Shown piece after piece: positions 7,537 to 11,058 of a DNA stretch of 11,058 bases. Both the position numbers and the translations under genes were made by a program. The stretch is from contig JBAXOY010000097.1 of assembly GCA_037133055.1 (NCBI GenBank), forward strand, positions 1 to 11,058, in the 5' to 3' direction. The stretch comes from Chlamydiota bacterium. Lineage in GTDB: Bacteria; Auribacterota; Tritonobacteria; UBA1439. Below the pieces are notes generated by a model. That model was not told the DNA's origin. It did not search any database and worked only from the letters and a program-made list of their open reading frames with translations. Position 1 is the stretch's first letter. Every line of letters starts with the position of its first letter.

Positions 7537-7556
7537 AAAAAGTAACTATCTACTGC

Positions 7557-8966
7557 ATGAAGATACTCTTTGTGGTCCACGGCTACCCGCCGACCGCGAT
7601 GGCGGGGACGGAGCTGTGCGCCCGCAGGCTTTGCGTCGCCTTGAGGGACATGGGCCATGCCGTGAGCGTGTTCACCCGCGAGGAGCTTCTGGGCTGGCCC
7701 GAGTACAAGATGCTGCGGGGCGAGCTCGACGGGATCCCGGTCCTGCGCGTCGTGAACAATTTCACCACACTCGACACGCAGGGCCGCTACGAGCACCACC
7801 CCCGCATCGAGGAGATTTTCGAGGAGTGCCTCGACCGGGAAAAGCCCGACCTCGTGCACGTCCAGCACCTCGCGGGGGCCTCCTGGGGAATCCCCGGGAT
7901 CGCGGGGCGGCGCGGGATACCCGTGGTGATCTCGCTGCACGATTACTGGTACGCGTGCGCGCGGGTGCAGCTCCTCAGGCCCGACGGGAGCCTCTGCCCC
8001 GGCCCCGACGGGGGGAGGAACTGCGCGCGCGCCTGCGGGCGCGGGACCCTCGCCTCGAAGGCCTCCGCGGCCGCGGGACGGATCAAATACGCCGCCGGAT
8101 TCACCGGTTCCCTGCCGGCGGAAAGGGCGTGCCTCGCCGCGTGTGGCGCCCTCCAGCGGATCTTTTTCCGTGGGAGGACGCGGCAGCTCGAACGCCTCTA
8201 CGGCGAGCGGTGCGCGAAGCTCCTCGGCTGCCTCGGGGAGGCGGACGCGCTCATCGCCCCCTCGGCGCGGGCGCGTGAAATCTACGCGGCCATCGGCGTC
8301 CCGGCGGAGCGGATCCTTGTCATCCCCCACGGCGCGCCGCCGTTCCCCGGCCTCCCCGCCGGGTCCGCCCTCGCCCCGTATGACGGAACGCGCCCGCTCG
8401 TGATCGGCTACGCGGGGACCGTGATGCCGCACAAGGGCGTCATCACCCTGCTCCGGGCGGTCCGGCGGTTTCCCCCGTCGAGGGTGCGGCTCGCGGTGTA
8501 CGGGAGGGCCTATCCCGCCCGCTTTGAGCGGTTCTTCAACAAGGTCGCCGGGCGGTTCCCGGCGGGACAGGTGACCGTCCGCGGGATGTACCGGCCGGAG
8601 GATCTCCCCGCGATCCTCGCGGGGGTCGACCTCCTGGCGATTCCCTCGCTCTGGCACGAAACGTTCAATCTGGTGCTCTGGGAGGCGTGGGCCGCGGGGC
8701 TCCCGGTGCTCGCCTCGCGCGTCGGCGCGCTCGCCGATTTCGTGCGGGACGGCGTGGACGGGCTCGTCTTCCCTCCCGGCGATTGGCGGGCGCTCTCGGC
8801 GGCGATAGGGGCGGTGATCGAGAGGCCGGCGGTCCTTGGCGAGCTCCGGAAGAACCTCCCGCGCCTCTGCGAGAGCATCGAGGAGAACGCGTGGCGCTAC
8901 GAGGAGGTGTACACCCGGATCCTCGCCGGGCGCTCCGGATGTGGGAGAGGGGAGCGCGCGCGATGA
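7557..8966 (+). CDS. Glycosyltransferase family 4 (GT-B fold, ExpE7-like with Cys-rich insert)
   Basis: MKILFVVHGYPP...AGTE, PDLVHVQHL, SLHDYW, IGYAGTVMPHKG and the E-x7-E motif (ETFNLVLWE) followed by PVLASRVGAL. No clear Shine-Dalgarno before the ATG. Confidence 0.92.
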   Translation: MKILFVVHGYPPTAMAGTELCARRLCVALRDMGHAVSVFTREELLGWPEYKMLRGELDGIPVLRVVNNFTTLDTQGRYEHHPRIEEIFEECLDREKPDLVHVQHLAGASWGIPGIAGRRGIPVVISLHDYWYACARVQLLRPDGSLCPGPDGGRNCARACGRGTLASKASAAAGRIKYAAGFTGSLPAERACLAACGALQRIFFRGRTRQLERLYGERCAKLLGCLGEADALIAPSARAREIYAAIGVPAERILVIPHGAPPFPGLPAGSALAPYDGTRPLVIGYAGTVMPHKGVITLLRAVRRFPPSRVRLAVYGRAYPARFERFFNKVAGRFPAGQVTVRGMYRPEDLPAILAGVDLLAIPSLWHETFNLVLWEAWAAGLPVLASRVGALADFVRDGVDGLVFPPGDWRALSAAIGAVIERPAVLGELRKNLPRLCESIEENAWRYEEVYTRILAGRSGCGRGERAR

Positions 8967-9874
8967 CGACGCCGGCGGCGCGGAAGCCGTATGTCGCGGC
9001 GGTGGTGCTCAACTACCGCCGCCCCGACGACACGATCGGGTGCGTCCGCGCGCTCCTCCAATCGGAGGGGGGGGCCCCGGAGATCATCATCGTCGACAAC
9101 GGCTCGCCCGACGGCTCCGCGGAGCGGCTCGCCCGTGAGTTCCCCTCGCTCACCCTGATACGGAATCCGACAAACCTCGGCTACGCGGGCGGGAACAACG
9201 TCGGGATCAGGGCCGCCCTCGACAGGGGAGCGGAGCGCATACTTGTGCTCAACAACGACTGCACCGTCGCGCCGGACGCGGTCGAGGCGCTCGTCGAGGC
9301 GGCGGGAAGGACCGGCGCGGACATCGTGAGCCCCAAGGTCCTCGACGCCCGCCTGCCCGGCATCATCCAGTACGCGGGCTACCGGAACATCCATCTCCTC
9401 GCGCAGGGCATCCCCGTGGGGGAGGGGGAGAGGGACAGGGGGCAGTACGACCGCGAGCGCGAGCTCGACGCCGCCCCAGGCTGCGCGATGCTCCTGACCC
9501 GGCGTCTCCTCGACCGGGTGGGGCTGTTCGACGAGCAGTTCTTCTCCTACTCCGAGGAGCTCGACCTCTGCCGGAGGGCGCGGGAGGCCGGCTGCCGGAT
9601 TCTCTATGCCCCGCGCGCCCGCGTCCTGCACGTCAAGGCGGCGACGCTCGACGCGCGGAGCCCCGACTACGTGTATTACCTCGCGCGGGGGAGGCTCATC
9701 TACGCGCGCAAGCACCTGGGGCGGGCGGCGTTCGCCCTCGTCTTCCTTCCGTATTTCATCGCGGTGAAGCTCGCGAAGCCCGCCGCGGGGTTCGCCCTGC
9801 GCGGGCGGTGGGACTGCGTCGGGGCGCTCGGGCGCGCCGTGTCGTGGAACCTGAAAAACAGGGTGCGGAGGTAA
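8963..9874 (+). CDS. Glycosyltransferase family 2 (WbbL-like), 303 aa
   Basis: C-terminal part of track ORF 8687..9874; ATG 8963 in an ATGA overlap with the GT4 stop. Motifs VVLNY, IIIVDNGSPDGS, NLGYAGGNNVG, LVLNND, GCAMLL, FDEQFFSYSEELDLC. Confidence 0.92.
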   Translation: MTTPAARKPYVAAVVLNYRRPDDTIGCVRALLQSEGGAPEIIIVDNGSPDGSAERLAREFPSLTLIRNPTNLGYAGGNNVGIRAALDRGAERILVLNNDCTVAPDAVEALVEAAGRTGADIVSPKVLDARLPGIIQYAGYRNIHLLAQGIPVGEGERDRGQYDRERELDAAPGCAMLLTRRLLDRVGLFDEQFFSYSEELDLCRRAREAGCRILYAPRARVLHVKAATLDARSPDYVYYLARGRLIYARKHLGRAAFALVFLPYFIAVKLAKPAAGFALRGRWDCVGALGRAVSWNLKNRVRR

Positions 9875-9875
9875 G

Positions 9876-10991
9876 GTGAAGATACTCGTCCTCACAAAGC
9901 GCTACACCTCGGCGAAGGACATCTCGCGCGAGGATGTCGGGCGGCCGTACTGCCTCTTCGCGGCCCTGCGCCCGCTCGGACACGAGGTGCGCTTCCTCCT
10001 CGGCGACTACACCGAGAAGGCGAACCTCGACGCGCGGAAGGGCGACATCCCGTTCCTGATCCGGCCGCTCTCCCCGGGGCGCTTTTTCTCCTTTCGGCGG
10101 ACCCTCGCCGGGGAGCTCGGGCGGGGGCGGTACGACCTCCTCATCGCCGAGGGCGACCCGCTTTTCGCCCTCATCGCGTCCGGGCCCTGCCGCCGGGCGG
10201 GCGTCCCGCTCGTCTACGACCTCATGGACGACTACAGGACCTACGACATTTACCGGGTCCCCGGTTTCGGACTGCTCGACCGGCGGCTTATCAGGCGCGC
10301 CGACCTCGTGGTCTGCGTCACCCGGGCGCTCATGGAGCGGATCGCCCCGGTGCGGCGGAACGGGGTGTGCGTCGTCGGCAACGGGGTGGACACCGTGAAA
10401 TTCAGGCCGATGGACCGGGCGGAGTGCCGGGCGCGGCTCGGGCTTCCCGGAGACGGCGAGCCGGTCATCGGCTATTTCGGGTACCTCGTCGGCTACAAGG
10501 GGCTCGACCTTCTCCTCGAAGCGCACGCGATCCTCCGCCGCGAAGGCTTCCCCGCCGTGCTGCTGCTCGCCGGGCCGCGGCGCGGCGCGGCCGCGCGCGG
10601 GGGCGAGGGGGTGCGCGATCTCGGCCTTGTCCCCCAGGACGAGATCCCCGGCTGCATCAACGCCTGCGACGCCGTCGCGGTCCCGAGCCCGTCCAACGAC
10701 TACACCGAGTGCTGCTTCCCGCTCAAGGCGCTCGAGGCGCTCGCCTGCGGGGTCCCGGTCGCGGCGACCGCGCTTTCTCCCGTGCGGGAGCTTTTGGGCG
10801 ACGGACCCCCGCGGCTCGCGCGGCCCGGCGACGCGCCTGACCTCGCCCGCGCGCTCCGGGAGGCATGCGCCCGGGGGGGCGCGGGCCTCAGGGAGATCGC
10901 GGAGGCGCATACGTGGAGAGGAGCGGCGGAGGAGCTCGCGCGCGAGCTCGGACCGCTTGTCAAAAGAATGGCACATGCCGATACCCGATAA
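9876..10991 (+). CDS. Glycosyltransferase family 4
   Basis: GTG start 1 nt after the previous stop, with GGAGG upstream. MKILVL, LVYDLMDDY, ADLVVCVT, VGNGVD, IGYFGYLVGYKGLDLL and FPLKALEALACGVPVAAT motifs. Confidence 0.92.
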   Translation: MKILVLTKRYTSAKDISREDVGRPYCLFAALRPLGHEVRFLLGDYTEKANLDARKGDIPFLIRPLSPGRFFSFRRTLAGELGRGRYDLLIAEGDPLFALIASGPCRRAGVPLVYDLMDDYRTYDIYRVPGFGLLDRRLIRRADLVVCVTRALMERIAPVRRNGVCVVGNGVDTVKFRPMDRAECRARLGLPGDGEPVIGYFGYLVGYKGLDLLLEAHAILRREGFPAVLLLAGPRRGAAARGGEGVRDLGLVPQDEIPGCINACDAVAVPSPSNDYTECCFPLKALEALACGVPVAATALSPVRELLGDGPPRLARPGDAPDLARALREACARGGAGLREIAEAHTWRGAAEELARELGPLVKRMAHADTR

Positions 10992-11004
10992 TGACAAATG
11001 ACTG

Positions 11005-11058
11005 GTAACTACTCAGGTAGTCAGAAGCCAGGAGCCAGAATCCAGAATGGATCGCGCA
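11005..11058. repeat. Second, inverted copy of the 7400-7536 element, cut off by the window end
   Basis: 11005-11056 is the reverse complement of 7485-7536 at 50/52 positions (mismatches at 11028 and 11037). Confidence 0.9.

Noticed and set aside
7398..7540. Integron attC site (TAAC...GTT, right size, stop codon in the left end)
   Set aside because: The ends fit RYYYAAC/GTTRRRY poorly (CAGTAAC, GTTACAA), the second copy is inverted rather than direct, three genes lie between the copies, and no integrase is visible.
7400..7541. Intrinsic terminator on the + strand
   Set aside because: The hairpin is followed by A5, not a U-tract. A U-tract exists only on the minus strand (complement of 7391-7396), where no gene is supported.
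2007..10997. Long minus-strand ORFs (e.g. 2007-3431, 4970-5944, 5332-6444, 6366-7337, 7533-8657, 8897-9895, 9756-10997)
   Set aside because: They are antisense shadows of GC-rich genes with clear motifs on the + strand, and show no recognisable domains.

Overview
GC-rich bacterial window holding eight co-oriented (+ strand), mostly translationally coupled genes. A four-gene signalling block comes first: a 5'-truncated cytoplasmic multi-PAS/GAF sensor with no output domain in view, a membrane dCache-PAS sensor with no output domain, a Cache-HAMP-HisKA-HATPase histidine kinase, and a single-domain receiver. It runs directly into four glycosyltransferases (GT2, GT4, GT2, GT4) of a probable surface-polysaccharide locus. 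Best candidate for an undescribed system (inference): both sensors end in a near-identical coiled-coil tag (REFR[I/V]KELRD), and the kinase carries an extra helical segment (SRKALIYMLDDM) before its H-box, suggesting a split, plug-in sensor-kinase. Also seen: a 137-bp heptamer-built palindromic element (7400-7536) with an inverted second copy at 11005 bracketing three GT genes, an AT-rich PAS module bounded by repeated linker DNA, and a 13-bp direct repeat flanking the receiver gene. No RNA genes, CRISPR array, transposase or recombinase were recognised. All domain calls are by eye, without database searches.
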